NCBI GenBank assembly: GCA_963847705.1
Contig: CAWKBC010000021.1
Location: 192,001-256,000 of the forward strand
Source of the DNA: an uncultured Pseudomonadota bacterium
GTDB lineage: Bacteria > Myxococcota_A > Polyangia > Fen-1088
Length of the DNA: 64,000 nucleotides
Direction: 5' to 3'
Shown: positions 49,438-59,079 of the stretch, one piece after another
How positions within the stretch are numbered: position 1 is the stretch's first letter
Layout of the letters: the number at the start of each line of letters is the position of its first letter
Notes under the pieces: generated by a model
The model's database searches: none
What the model was told of the DNA's origin: nothing
What the model saw: only the letters and a program-made list of their open reading frames with translations
Translations under genes and position numbers: made by a program

Positions 49438-50454
49438 ATGGCGACGATGCGAGTGGTGCAAGTGGCGAAAGCGGGCGGTCCCTTCGAGCTGGTCGAGCGG
49501 CCAATCCCGGATCCTGGTCCGGGGACGGTGAGGGTCAAGGTCGAGGCCTGCGGCGTCTGCCACAGCGACGTGATCGTCAGGCAGGGGGCGCTGCCCGTCA
49601 CCTACCCGCGCGTGCCCGGACACGAGGTCGCGGGTGTCGTCGACGCGCTCGGCGCCGGTGTCACCGGCTGGACCGTCGGCCAACGCGTGGGGGTCGGCTG
49701 GAATGGCGGCTATGACGGCGTCTGTGCCGCTTGCCGCCGCGGCGAGCTCTTCGCGTGCGTTACCCGTCCGGTGACGGGCCTCAGCTTCGACGGAGGGTAC
49801 GCCGACTACATGCTCGCCCCCGCCGCCGCGCTGGCGGCGATCCCCCCCGAGCTGTCGGCGCTCGAGGCGGCGCCCCTGATGTGCGCGGGCGTCACCATGT
49901 TCACCGCGCTGCGAAACGCAGCCACACAGCCGGGCGATCTGGTCGCCGTGTTCGGCCTGGGGGGCCTCGGCCACCTCGGCGTGCAACTGGCCGCCAAGAT
50001 GGGCTTGCGCACCGTCGCCATCGCGCGCGGCGCCGACAAGGAAGTGCTGGCCCGGAAGCTGGGCGCCTGGCGCTACATCGACAACCAGGCGGGCGACCCG
50101 GCGGCGGCACTGCAGAAGCTGGGCGGCGCCAGAGCGGTCGTCTCCACGGTCACCGACGGCACCGCGCTGGCGTCGGTTCTGGGCGGTCTCGCGCCGAACG
50201 GCAACCTGATGGTCGTGGGCGCCGCCGGAAACATGACGATATCGACCAGCGCGCTCCTCTTCGATCAGCGATCGATCCGGGGCGTCTACTCCGGCGTCGC
50301 GAGCGATTCGGAGGCCACGATGGCGTTCAGCGCCCTCACCGGCGTGCGGCCCATGACGGAGGTCTACCCGCTCGAACGCGTCGACGAAGCGTACGACCGG
50401 ATGCTGAGCGGCGCCGTGCGCTTCCGCTCCGTGCTGGCGATCAGGAGTCAGTAG
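49438..50454 (+). CDS. Zn-dependent alcohol dehydrogenase (AdhP-like)
   Basis: CGVCHSD, GHE, PLMCAG, GLGGLG. Confidence 0.92.
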   Translation: MATMRVVQVAKAGGPFELVERPIPDPGPGTVRVKVEACGVCHSDVIVRQGALPVTYPRVPGHEVAGVVDALGAGVTGWTVGQRVGVGWNGGYDGVCAACRRGELFACVTRPVTGLSFDGGYADYMLAPAAALAAIPPELSALEAAPLMCAGVTMFTALRNAATQPGDLVAVFGLGGLGHLGVQLAAKMGLRTVAIARGADKEVLARKLGAWRYIDNQAGDPAAALQKLGGARAVVSTVTDGTALASVLGGLAPNGNLMVVGAAGNMTISTSALLFDQRSIRGVYSGVASDSEATMAFSALTGVRPMTEVYPLERVDEAYDRMLSGAVRFRSVLAIRSQ

Positions 50455-50565
50455 AGGAGCCCGGTCATCTGGTCATGTCGAGCACGGCGCGGAGGCCGCG
50501 TCGAAGCGCGGCTTCCAGACCCGGAGCGCGGAGCTCGACCTGGCGCGCTTGCTGGGCGAGCCGGA

Positions 50566-50679
50566 TTGATCGCGAAGGCTCGCAGCTTCACCGACCTTTA
50601 CCAGGCCATGGTCGCCCTCTACCCCAAGCGCGTGAACCGCGGCGTCCTCTGGAACGCGGCGAAGTCGTTCATGTCCTGA
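50566..50679 (+). pseudogene. C-terminal relic resembling MBL-fold hydrolases
   Basis: Manual translation: LIAKARSFTDLYQAMVALYPKRVNRGVLWNAAKSFMS*. Confidence 0.4.
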
Positions 50680-50710
50680 GCTGGTCACCTCGACACCGGG
50701 CTTGGCTTGG

Positions 50711-51226
50711 TCACGCCTTCGCTTCAGGCACCCGACCGGCGGCCTGGGAGAGCAGCGCCTCGACCTTCGCGTCGAGATCGCGCGCGACCTGGAGAGCGTG
50801 CGGGTCGCCGTACGGTGCCAGCAGGCTCGCGACGCGATCATAGGAGAGCTGCACCGCGCCCTGGCGCTCGTCGATCAACAGGGTCACCGGCGCGTACGAA
50901 CCGGCGTCGGGGGTTCCGCGCAGCATCTCCCGCATGGTGACCGGGTTTCCGACAATCAGTCGGAGCACGTTGCGCTCGATCGGAGGCGCGTCTTTCTGCA
51001 ACATCACGCCGAGATCGAAGCGCATGAATTCCATCAGCTCCAGCGGCCCCGCCGCCGCGGCGACGAGCTGGTTCACCTCGTCGGGCGTCGCGGCCGCCTG
51101 TAATTTCTGAAAGAGCTCACCGACGTTCGGACGACCGAGCGCCCCCTCGATGTGGGCGACGACCTCGGAAAAGTTCCGCGAAGTCGTCAGCGTGACTCTT
51201 TCACCGTTGAAGGCGTGGATGGCCAT
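50711..51226 (-). CDS. DUF302 domain protein
   Basis: IVGNP...AGSYAPVTLLIDE...LDAK. Confidence 0.75.
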   Translation of the reverse strand: MAIHAFNGERVTLTTSRNFSEVVAHIEGALGRPNVGELFQKLQAAATPDEVNQLVAAAAGPLELMEFMRFDLGVMLQKDAPPIERNVLRLIVGNPVTMREMLRGTPDAGSYAPVTLLIDERQGAVQLSYDRVASLLAPYGDPHALQVARDLDAKVEALLSQAAGRVPEAKA

Positions 51227-51313
51227 TTTCGTCTCCCTTGCGATTTGCGGCGACTGCTTATCGCCCGCAATGTAGGGGCGTGGCTAAACATGGGGGCAGA
51301 AAAGGAGCTCCCC

Positions 51314-52147
51314 ATGAACATCTTTCGACGGTCCGTCATCTACCGCTGCCTCGGCGCCGCCACCCTCCTCGCGCTCGCCGCTTTCTGCAACGGCACCCCG
51401 GCGAACGCCGCCACTGAGGAGGAGGCGCCGGCCTCGCCGCTCCAGGGTCACGCCAAACCGGCCATTCTCCTCGTTCACGGAGCTTTCGCCGACGCGCTCG
51501 CCTGGCAGCAGGTCATCGCGCTCCTCCAGCAGCGCGGCTACACGGTCGTCGCCGTCGAGAACCCCCTCACCTCTCTGGCCACCGATGTGGCCACCACCCA
51601 GCGCGCCATCGCCGCCCTCGCCGACAAGGGGCCACTGGTGGTCGTCGGTCACTCCTACGGCGGCATGGTCATCACCGGCGCCGCGGTCGGTGTGCCCCAG
51701 GTCAAGGCCCTGGTCTACATCAACGCCTTCGCCCCCGACCCCGGCCAGTCGGTCAGCAATCTCCTCGCCACCGCCCCGCCCACCAAGCTCGGGGCCGCGC
51801 TGCTGCCGCCGGACCCCGCCGGGTTCCTGTTCGTCGATCCCGCCCTGTTCCGCGCCGCCTTCAGCGCCGATGTCTCGGTCGCCGAGTCCAACGTCGCGGC
51901 CGTTTCCCAGAAGCCGATCTTCGCCGGCGCCTTCGGCGCGACACTCGCCGCCGTCGCCTGGAAGACCATCCCTTCGTGGTACCTGGTCGGCAAGCAGGAC
52001 CAGGCCATCAACCCCGACTCCGAGCGGGCGATGGCGAAGCACATCGGCGCCCACACCGTCGAGATCGACTCCAGCCACGTCTCCTTCATCTCCCACCCCC
52101 ACGCCGTCGTCGAACTGATCGAAGAGGCGGTCCACGGCGTGCACTGA
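51314..52147 (+). CDS. Secreted alpha/beta hydrolase
   Basis: Signal peptide, LVHGAFAD, GHSYGG, DQAI, SSH. Confidence 0.9.
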   Translation: MNIFRRSVIYRCLGAATLLALAAFCNGTPANAATEEEAPASPLQGHAKPAILLVHGAFADALAWQQVIALLQQRGYTVVAVENPLTSLATDVATTQRAIAALADKGPLVVVGHSYGGMVITGAAVGVPQVKALVYINAFAPDPGQSVSNLLATAPPTKLGAALLPPDPAGFLFVDPALFRAAFSADVSVAESNVAAVSQKPIFAGAFGATLAAVAWKTIPSWYLVGKQDQAINPDSERAMAKHIGAHTVEIDSSHVSFISHPHAVVELIEEAVHGVH

Positions 52148-52376
52148 CAACGACGCCTCCCCTGGCTCGTACGCTGGAATGACCCGTGCTCTCCACTCGG
52201 TCAATTGCCACCGTGGCCGCCGGTGTCGTCTTCATGATCGCCACATCGCCAGCTCAAAAGTCGCGACGGGGGCCTTGTCGGTCCAGGACAGGTGCATATA
52301 CCGGGGGCCGAGTTCCCTACCCACACGCCTGATACCATCAACGGCTCTCCGCCCGGGGGCGCGGCGACACTCCGAA

Positions 52377-53969
52377 ATGTCACGCTCGGTAGACATTCTG
52401 TTGGTCGACGACGAGGCCAGAAACCTCGATACCCTGGAGGCGATCCTGGAGAATCCGGGCTATCGGCTCCTTCGCGCCGAGGATGGCGGTCGCGCGCTGC
52501 GCCTGCTTTTGGAGAACGACGTCGCGGCCATCGTGCTCGACGTCAGGATGCCCGAGGTGAACGGATTCGAGCTGGCGCACGTGATCAAGAACACCCGACA
52601 TTTCCGTGAGACCCCGATCGTCTTCTTGACCGCCCACCTCAGCGACGATCAGCAAGTCATCGCAGGCTACGACGCGGGCGCGGTCGACTACTTGATCAAG
52701 CCGGTGAACCCACGGGTGCTCCGGCAGAAGATCGCCGTGTTCGCCGAGCTGTTTCGCAAGACGCGCGAGCTGGCCGAGCTGAACGAAAGGCTCGAGGAGC
52801 GGGTGCGAGAACGGACGACGGAGCTGGAGCGCTCAGAGAAAGCGCTGCGAGAAGCCGCCCAGCAGAAGGACGAGTTCTTGGCGATTCTCGCCCACGAGCT
52901 CCGCAACCCACTGGGACCTCTGCGCTCCGGCGCCGATCTGCTGCTCCGGCGAAAGAGCGCCGAACCGGTCGTCGCACGTACGCTCGCCGTGATGGATCGG
53001 CAGCTTCACCACATGGTTCGGTTGATCGACGACCTGCTCGACGTCTCTCGAATCAGCCAGGGTCAGCTGAAGCTCAAGAAGGAGCCCGTCGACCTCGGCG
53101 AGCTCCTGGCGTCGACGGTCGAATCTTTGCGCTCGGCATTCGAGAGGCACCACCAGCAGGTGGTCCTCGAGCGCGTCGACGAGCTGGCAACCCTGGCGGA
53201 TCCGACTCGTGTGGCCCAGATCGTGACCAACCTGCTCACCAACGCCGCCAAGTTCACACCGGAGAACGGCGGGATCCGGGTCCAGTTGAGCCGCGAACGA
53301 GGGCGCGCATTGATCCATGTCACAGATACCGGCCCCGGCGTGTCGGCCGATCAAGTTGACCGCATCTTCCAGCTGTTCGCGCGCGTCGACCGACCCGGGG
53401 TGGCAGGTCAGGCGGGGCTCGGAATCGGTCTGGCACTGGCGAGGCGTCTGGCGGAAATGCACGGCGGCGCCTTGACCGTGGCGAGCTCCGGCGAAAGCTC
53501 GGGCAGTACCTTCACTCTTTCGTTGCCGCTCTTTGCGGCGGCGTCCACGTCCGCCGATGTGCGGCAGCACGAGGCGGCGGCGAGCGAAATGACCAATCAC
53601 CTGCGAATCGTGATCATCGAAGACAACGAAGACCTCGCGGGGTCACTCAAGGATCTTCTTGAAGAGGCGGGACATAGCGTCTGGTCGACGCCCAGCGGCT
53701 CCGCCGGCATCCACCTGGTCCAAGAAGTGAATCCGAACGTCGTGCTTTGCGATCTTGGGCTGCCCGGGATAGCAGGCGTCGAGGTCTGCCGGAAGATTCG
53801 CGCCCTTCCCAGCGCTGTGCGGCCGCTCATGGTGGCCATTACCGGATGGGGAAGGGAGGAGGACCGTCGCGAGACCTGCGAGGCTGGCTTTGATCATCAT
53901 CTGCTCAAACCGGTGGCGGCCGATAGGTTGGAACAGTTGCTTCGCACCGTGACGAACAAGCACGGCTGA
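52377..53969 (+). CDS. Hybrid histidine kinase REC-HisKA-HATPase-REC
   Basis: LLVDD..DVRMP; LAHELRNPL; NAAKF, DTGPG, GLGIGL; EDNED..DLGLP..KPV. Confidence 0.93.
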   Translation: MSRSVDILLVDDEARNLDTLEAILENPGYRLLRAEDGGRALRLLLENDVAAIVLDVRMPEVNGFELAHVIKNTRHFRETPIVFLTAHLSDDQQVIAGYDAGAVDYLIKPVNPRVLRQKIAVFAELFRKTRELAELNERLEERVRERTTELERSEKALREAAQQKDEFLAILAHELRNPLGPLRSGADLLLRRKSAEPVVARTLAVMDRQLHHMVRLIDDLLDVSRISQGQLKLKKEPVDLGELLASTVESLRSAFERHHQQVVLERVDELATLADPTRVAQIVTNLLTNAAKFTPENGGIRVQLSRERGRALIHVTDTGPGVSADQVDRIFQLFARVDRPGVAGQAGLGIGLALARRLAEMHGGALTVASSGESSGSTFTLSLPLFAAASTSADVRQHEAAASEMTNHLRIVIIEDNEDLAGSLKDLLEEAGHSVWSTPSGSAGIHLVQEVNPNVVLCDLGLPGIAGVEVCRKIRALPSAVRPLMVAITGWGREEDRRETCEAGFDHHLLKPVAADRLEQLLRTVTNKHG

Positions 53970-54001
53970 GGTCACGTCGCACGGGTCGCCCGCCTCTAGC
54001 G

Positions 54002-54320
54002 GCGCGCGACCTTCTGGAGAGCGAAGGGTTGCGAGTGGCCGTGGCTGGCGATGGTCGCGAAGCGCTGGACCTACTGCGGGCTGGATTGAGACCTTCGGTT
54101 ATCGTGTTGGACGTGACAATGTCTCGGATGGATGGTTTGGCCTTTCGCCAGGCTCAGCTGGACGACAGCGAGCTGAGGACATCCCCATGTGATCGTCGCC
54201 ACGGCTTCTCGCTCTAGTGCGGAGACAATCCGGAGTCTGTTGGGTGACGTAGAGTGTCTTCGGAAGCCCTTCGACCCTCCGACCTTTCTCGAAGTGATCG
54301 CTGCTGCGACAACGGGCTGA
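54002..54320 (+). pseudogene. Single-domain response regulator, 5'-truncated and frameshifted
   Basis: LESEGLRVAVAGDGREALDLL..VLDVTMSRMDG / VIVATA..LRKPFD. Confidence 0.65.
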
Positions 54321-54451
54321 GGGCGCCGTCGGTGTCCCTCCCGAAGCGGATGGTGTTGACGCCCCTCGTGCGTGGCCCCCGAGCATGACGGACCGGTGAT
54401 GCGGACTCCCCTTCTCGCGATCCGTCCTTAGATCGGTGTCGGAGGATCCTA

Positions 54452-55009
54452 GTGAGGAGAGCATGGATGTTCGCGACGCTCGTGGCCTCAGCCTTACCAG
54501 CCTGTGCGACGGCACCGCCGGTCGCCGTCGCGGGCGGGCATGCGGAGGAGATCGTCTTGGCGGCCCAAACCGATGCGCTGATTCAAATGCGCCGGTATGG
54601 CTGCACGGCTGAGCCGTGCCCTGTCTACGAGGTTTCGATCTTTTCCGACGGGACCGCTGTCTACGACGGGCGGGCGAATGTCGGCGTGATCGGACGTCGC
54701 CAGGCGCGACTCGCATCCGGAGAGCTGAACGCGCTCATCACAGCCCTCGACGCGATGAAGTTTCTCGACAGTGCCGAAGACTGTTGCACCTGCCCCAAGG
54801 CCGACGATCAGAGGCTGGTCACCGTCGATTATCGACCCGGTACGGTGGTGAAGACTGTCCAGCATGATCAGAATTGCTCGCGAGCGCCGTCGGCTCTCTG
54901 GGCGCTCGAGCGCGAGATCGACCGGAGTACGGGCGCCGGGCGTCTGGCCGCCCTGCCAGTTCGGAGCAACATCGCGCTGGGGAGCGCTGGAAGCGCGCCG
55001 AGACAGTGA
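54452..55009 (+). CDS. Lipoprotein (DUF6438-like)
   Basis: SD GGAGG, LPAC lipobox, GCTAEPCPVYEVSIFSDGTAVYDG. Confidence 0.7.
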   Translation: MRRAWMFATLVASALPACATAPPVAVAGGHAEEIVLAAQTDALIQMRRYGCTAEPCPVYEVSIFSDGTAVYDGRANVGVIGRRQARLASGELNALITALDAMKFLDSAEDCCTCPKADDQRLVTVDYRPGTVVKTVQHDQNCSRAPSALWALEREIDRSTGAGRLAALPVRSNIALGSAGSAPRQ

Positions 55010-55185
55010 GGCCAGAGCACTCGGTTGATGGACGACGCCTTCGGCGCCAGAGCGGCCGGAACGCTGGACGAAACGAGATGCTCCGACCGCCTGATTCGCG
55101 GAATCGTTTTCCTCGTGGGCGCCCGATGACCGAGACGCTGGCCTGGGGCGGAAGGGCACCCTGCGCTTCAATCTGCCGATTGTTC

Positions 55186-56931
55186 TTATCGAGCAGCGGT
55201 TGACCAGCACTCGCGGCCGGCTGGCAGGCTGTAGACAACGACGGCGTCGGGGCCGGTCGAGAAGCGTCGTTCCGAGACTAGCCGCGCACGATCGACCGTC
55301 CCTTGAAGACGGACTTCCGGATCGAAGTCGGGATCGAACGCGTTGAAGGTCGTGATTCCCGTGTCGACGTAGAGGATCGGCCCCCTGAAGCCGCCTGCCC
55401 GCGACCGGCGCACCCGTCCACAAAAGTCGTAGGGTTCCGACGACGACGCCGCCGTCCGGGAGCGGAAGATCCACTGCTCGTTGCGATGTTCCCGGGGCGG
55501 CAGCAGCGCGCCCGCATCGGTGACCACCCACAGCTGGTCGCGCAGCGCCTGCGGCAGCACGTTCGTGAGGCAGCCGTCGCGACAGCGCTGCTCGAGGTAC
55601 GGGACTGCCGCGTTGATTGCCCGGCTGTTGGAGATGTTCCCCTTGCCGGCCGCGATCACCAGCGTCAGCGCGGCAATCACTGTCGCAGCGCCGAGGGCGC
55701 GCGCGCGGTCTGCGCGAAGGCGTGCGCCCACCAGGTCCGCCCCGCGCGCCACCATCAACACGAGCGGGACCGCGATGCTCACGTAGTACGCCGGGTTCTG
55801 CTGGGGGATGAACAGCATGCCGAGCGGCAACAGGTAAGCCGCGAGCAACCAGACTCGCGGCCGCCCCTGCCAGGTCGGCACCGTCGAATCGGAGGGGCGC
55901 GCGCTGGGACGAACCCCCACCACGGCGAGCGCGACGCCCGCCGGCGTCAGCCCCTGGAACCACGACAGGGCGGCCAGCTGGTCGAACGGCTTGGTCAGGA
56001 ACCGGAAGAGCGCGAATCCCGGATGATGGACGAGCGCGTGAAACAGGCTGCCGTGGTTCTCGGCGAAGGTGCCGAAGATTCCGGCCGAGGCCGCGTAGCG
56101 CTGATATTCGGTCGCATGGGGGTGCGGATACATGAGGAGCGGAAGCCCGTCATAGAAGGTGTAGAAGGCGTAGGTCTTGTCCGCGCCGGAGTCGGCGCCG
56201 AGCGCATGCCGGAGAGCGGTCACGACCGTCAATCCCCCCATCGCCCCGAGGCCCAGCGCCAGAGCGGCGCCGCGACGCCGGGGCACATCCAGCATGGGCG
56301 CTCCAAGGAAGGCGAAAACCAGCGCCGCCCCGAGGCAGGTCGCGAGCGCCTCGTACCGCCCGATGCTCGCCAGACCGGCAAACACGGCCGCGAGCACGAC
56401 CGCGCCCGCCATCCGGAGCCGCGACCGCGTCGCTGCGGCCGTCGCGGCCAAGGCGACCGCGCTCGCGGCGAGCCCGGCGCCCAGGCTGACACCGAGGTTG
56501 TTGCGCCCACTCTGCGAGGCAAGCAGCGGGACCAGGGCCAGCGTTGCGACGAGCGTTCGCCGCCGCCGAACCGCGATCTCGGGCCACACGAAACGCGCTA
56601 TTCCGAGCGCGCCGAGCGCCAGCAACAGGTGCGCGAGGAGGTAGACAACTTCGTTGGCCTCTCGGGCGTCGAGGCGGAGGTGCCTGGCCGCGACGAGAGC
56701 GAGGAAGGCGAGCGGCTGCTCCTCGACAGGCTCCGCCCGCCCGAGCGCGATGATGCGAGCCCGCTCGAGATAGAGGAGATTCATCCACCCGAGATCCCAC
56801 CCATAGCGAGCGAGGTAGATCAGCCGCGCGGCCAGCACCGCGGCCAGCGCCCAGAGGAAGGTCGACGGCGACCAGCCGCCACGGGGCGGCAGCCCGCCGG
56901 CCTCGCGCCTCTCTCTCTCCAGTCGCTCCAT
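55186..56931 (-). CDS. Polytopic membrane protein, possible GT-C glycosyltransferase
   Basis: More than 10 hydrophobic segments, RYE motif, soluble C-terminal domain. Confidence 0.55.
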   Translation of the reverse strand: MERLERERREAGGLPPRGGWSPSTFLWALAAVLAARLIYLARYGWDLGWMNLLYLERARIIALGRAEPVEEQPLAFLALVAARHLRLDAREANEVVYLLAHLLLALGALGIARFVWPEIAVRRRRTLVATLALVPLLASQSGRNNLGVSLGAGLAASAVALAATAAATRSRLRMAGAVVLAAVFAGLASIGRYEALATCLGAALVFAFLGAPMLDVPRRRGAALALGLGAMGGLTVVTALRHALGADSGADKTYAFYTFYDGLPLLMYPHPHATEYQRYAASAGIFGTFAENHGSLFHALVHHPGFALFRFLTKPFDQLAALSWFQGLTPAGVALAVVGVRPSARPSDSTVPTWQGRPRVWLLAAYLLPLGMLFIPQQNPAYYVSIAVPLVLMVARGADLVGARLRADRARALGAATVIAALTLVIAAGKGNISNSRAINAAVPYLEQRCRDGCLTNVLPQALRDQLWVVTDAGALLPPREHRNEQWIFRSRTAASSSEPYDFCGRVRRSRAGGFRGPILYVDTGITTFNAFDPDFDPEVRLQGTVDRARLVSERRFSTGPDAVVVYSLPAGRECWSTAAR

Positions 56932-57024
56932 CGGCAGCCCCGCTTGCGTCCCGGCCCAGAGGATGGACGGGTAGACGGCAACACGCTCTCAGCCGGAGCC
57001 GCATTTCGCGTCGACGTCTGAAAC

Positions 57025-57132
57025 GCGGCGTGCGACCTCTCGGAGAGCGAAGGATTGAGTGTGGCCCTCGCAGCCGATGGTCGCGAAGCGTTGACCTTCT
57101 GCGGCCTGGATTGAGACCTCCGGTCATCGTGT
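57025..57132 (+). repeat. Degenerate direct-repeat copy of 53999-54107 (REC fragment)
   Basis: Shared GGAGAGCGAAGG, CGATGGTCGCGAAGCG, CTGGATTGAGACCT, ATCGTGTT. Confidence 0.8.
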
Positions 57133-57418
57133 TTCGGCCGGACGGCTCATCAGCGAACGCTCTTCACCTGTTTGGTCGGCGCGGCAATCGCCTGGCCGGT
57201 TCTCCTGTTCGGGATCGTGGTTCCGAAGATTACCGCGCAGGTAATCGCGTTCGTCCCCCTCCCGGCCAGCATACCCAACTGGGCCGTTCGGACCGTATGG
57301 ATGGCATTGGCGATTCTGATTCCGATCGGGATCGGGTGGCGGTGACCATCAAGGCACCAAGAGCCGCGGGCCGCGAACGCATGCTCGCGAGCGTGCTCCG
57401 CGGATTCCCTCTTACGGA

Positions 57419-57916
57419 CTACTCGTATCCCGCGAGGGGAGCCCGAGCGACGAATCTGATCGAGCCGACCGTCGCAGTTGTCGTTCCGCGCACGATGGCC
57501 GACGGAGACTCTAACGTCATCTCCTTGGAGCAGCTGAGACCTCCGTGGCTCATGAAGCGGAGCTCGAACGTCTGGGTTTGTTGCGGACCCAGCGACATCG
57601 GCCTGTATGAGAACCACGTCGAGGTCGGAATCGATCTGCCATCGGTACCCGTGAGGTGAAAGCCGTTACGGTGAATACCAAGCGTCTCCAGTTTGTTGTT
57701 GCGGACCTCAATCTGTACCGTCATCTCCACAAGGTCGCTCCCTGGCAGGTAGTTGTCGATGGTCTGGCTACACCTCTGGCCGAGAACGGCGACTTGAACT
57801 CCGTCCGACGTGGTCACGTCACCGCTGTTTCGGATCGGAGGCTGAAGACCGCATGCAGACGCCACCATGGTGAGTCCGAAGGTCACGACGGCCAAGTTGC
57901 TAACCCTTGAGATCAT
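57419..57916 (-). CDS. Lipoprotein with Ig-like (DUF4352-like) domain
   Basis: ASAC lipobox; DGVQVAVLGQRC...IEVRN. Confidence 0.6.
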   Translation of the reverse strand: MISRVSNLAVVTFGLTMVASACGLQPPIRNSGDVTTSDGVQVAVLGQRCSQTIDNYLPGSDLVEMTVQIEVRNNKLETLGIHRNGFHLTGTDGRSIPTSTWFSYRPMSLGPQQTQTFELRFMSHGGLSCSKEMTLESPSAIVRGTTTATVGSIRFVARAPLAGYE

Positions 57917-57956
57917 GTCAGAGACCGTTTCACGTTGGTGTCGAGCTTGCCACAGG

Positions 57957-58400
57957 TCAAGGTGGGGCGGCTCCAAAGCCGGACGTGCCGAGGCCCCTTT
58001 GGGACGATGTCGGTACGGACATTCTCTCGACCAACCGGAGTGTCGAATCCCACAGGGCTCCACCCCCAGATGTGTCGAGGCTGACCAAGACGCCGGATGG
58101 GATGAGTCCGCTACGGTCCGCCCTGTAAGGCTTCCGAGCCTCCCTGTCGGCCAGGAGCCGGACCTTAGCTGGATCGAAGGTTATCGGATCGGTGGTCGAG
58201 TTGGTCACCTCGACGCGCACCTGCAGGCCGAGAGTGTCACCGTAAGACCACTTGCGATCGATCATCCGATCGCACATCCGATCGCATTTTTGATCGACCA
58301 ATCCGACACGAACGCCGTCTGCCTCGACCGCCGGACCTGCGCGGAGAAACGGATGTGCAGCGCAGCCACTCCCGAGCACTGTCGAGATGACCAGTAACGC
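57957..58400 (-). CDS. Paralogous lipoprotein, possibly decaying (start uncertain)
   Basis: GSGC lipobox-like; DGVRVGLVDQKC...VEVTN; 12-bp duplication at 58263-58286. Confidence 0.45.
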   Translation of the reverse strand, partial: ALLVISTVLGSGCAAHPFLRAGPAVEADGVRVGLVDQKCDRMCDRMIDRKWSYGDTLGLQVRVEVTNSTTDPITFDPAKVRLLADREARKPYRADRSGLIPSGVLVSLDTSGGGALWDSTLRLVERMSVPTSSQRGLGTSGFGAAPP

Positions 58401-58530
58401 AGTTCGACCGCCTGACTCTGTTCCCCGAGCGTCAGTGAAGAGGTTGGAGTAGGCAAATCCGTGATCAACGTGAAGATGGGTGGCCCTCACATGGGAAGTT
58501 GTAGGCGTCACCCGCCAGAGGAGGTGTCCC

Positions 58531-58872
58531 ATGTGGAAAAGGATGGGTCGCTGGGGCGTCGCGGTCGCGAGCTCAGTCATGTTCGTCCTGCCGGTGTGTC
58601 GCGCCCGCGCGGACGACCAAGACACGGCCGGTACCGCTCAGCAAGGAAGCGCCCCCGTGAAGGATGATTGGATCACCTCTCAGATAAAACGGACATTGAG
58701 CACGGCCGTGGCAGGCTCAAACAAAATTGACGTCGACACGAAGAATGATGTCGTGACGCTGTCAGGCTCCACTCCTTCGGAGGCGGCGCGAACGCAAGCC
58801 GTTCAGGTTGCCCGGGGCACCGAAGGAGTGAAGCAGGTCAAGGACGAGATCAAGGTGAAGCCCGGCAAGTGA
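58531..58872 (+). CDS. BON-domain (OsmY-like) protein
   Basis: SD GAGGAGG; DDWITSQIK, IDVDTKNDVVTLSG, GVKQVKDEI. Confidence 0.88.
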   Translation: MWKRMGRWGVAVASSVMFVLPVCRARADDQDTAGTAQQGSAPVKDDWITSQIKRTLSTAVAGSNKIDVDTKNDVVTLSGSTPSEAARTQAVQVARGTEGVKQVKDEIKVKPGK

Positions 58873-59079
58873 CCCGGGTGGTCCTTCCTGGCGATCCGCC
58901 TCACCGCGTTTGAACCACGATGCTGCACCGCGCTCCGCGGGTGCGCCTCTTGCAGTCTGTCGAGGCGTTCGACTGTGAAGACTGAGAAATGAAAGGCGAC
59001 TACCACGTCATCGCCTGATGACACGAGCGGACCGCCACCGGGTGATGCCGCCTCGGGGACGCGCGGCGGCCGCGGAGCA

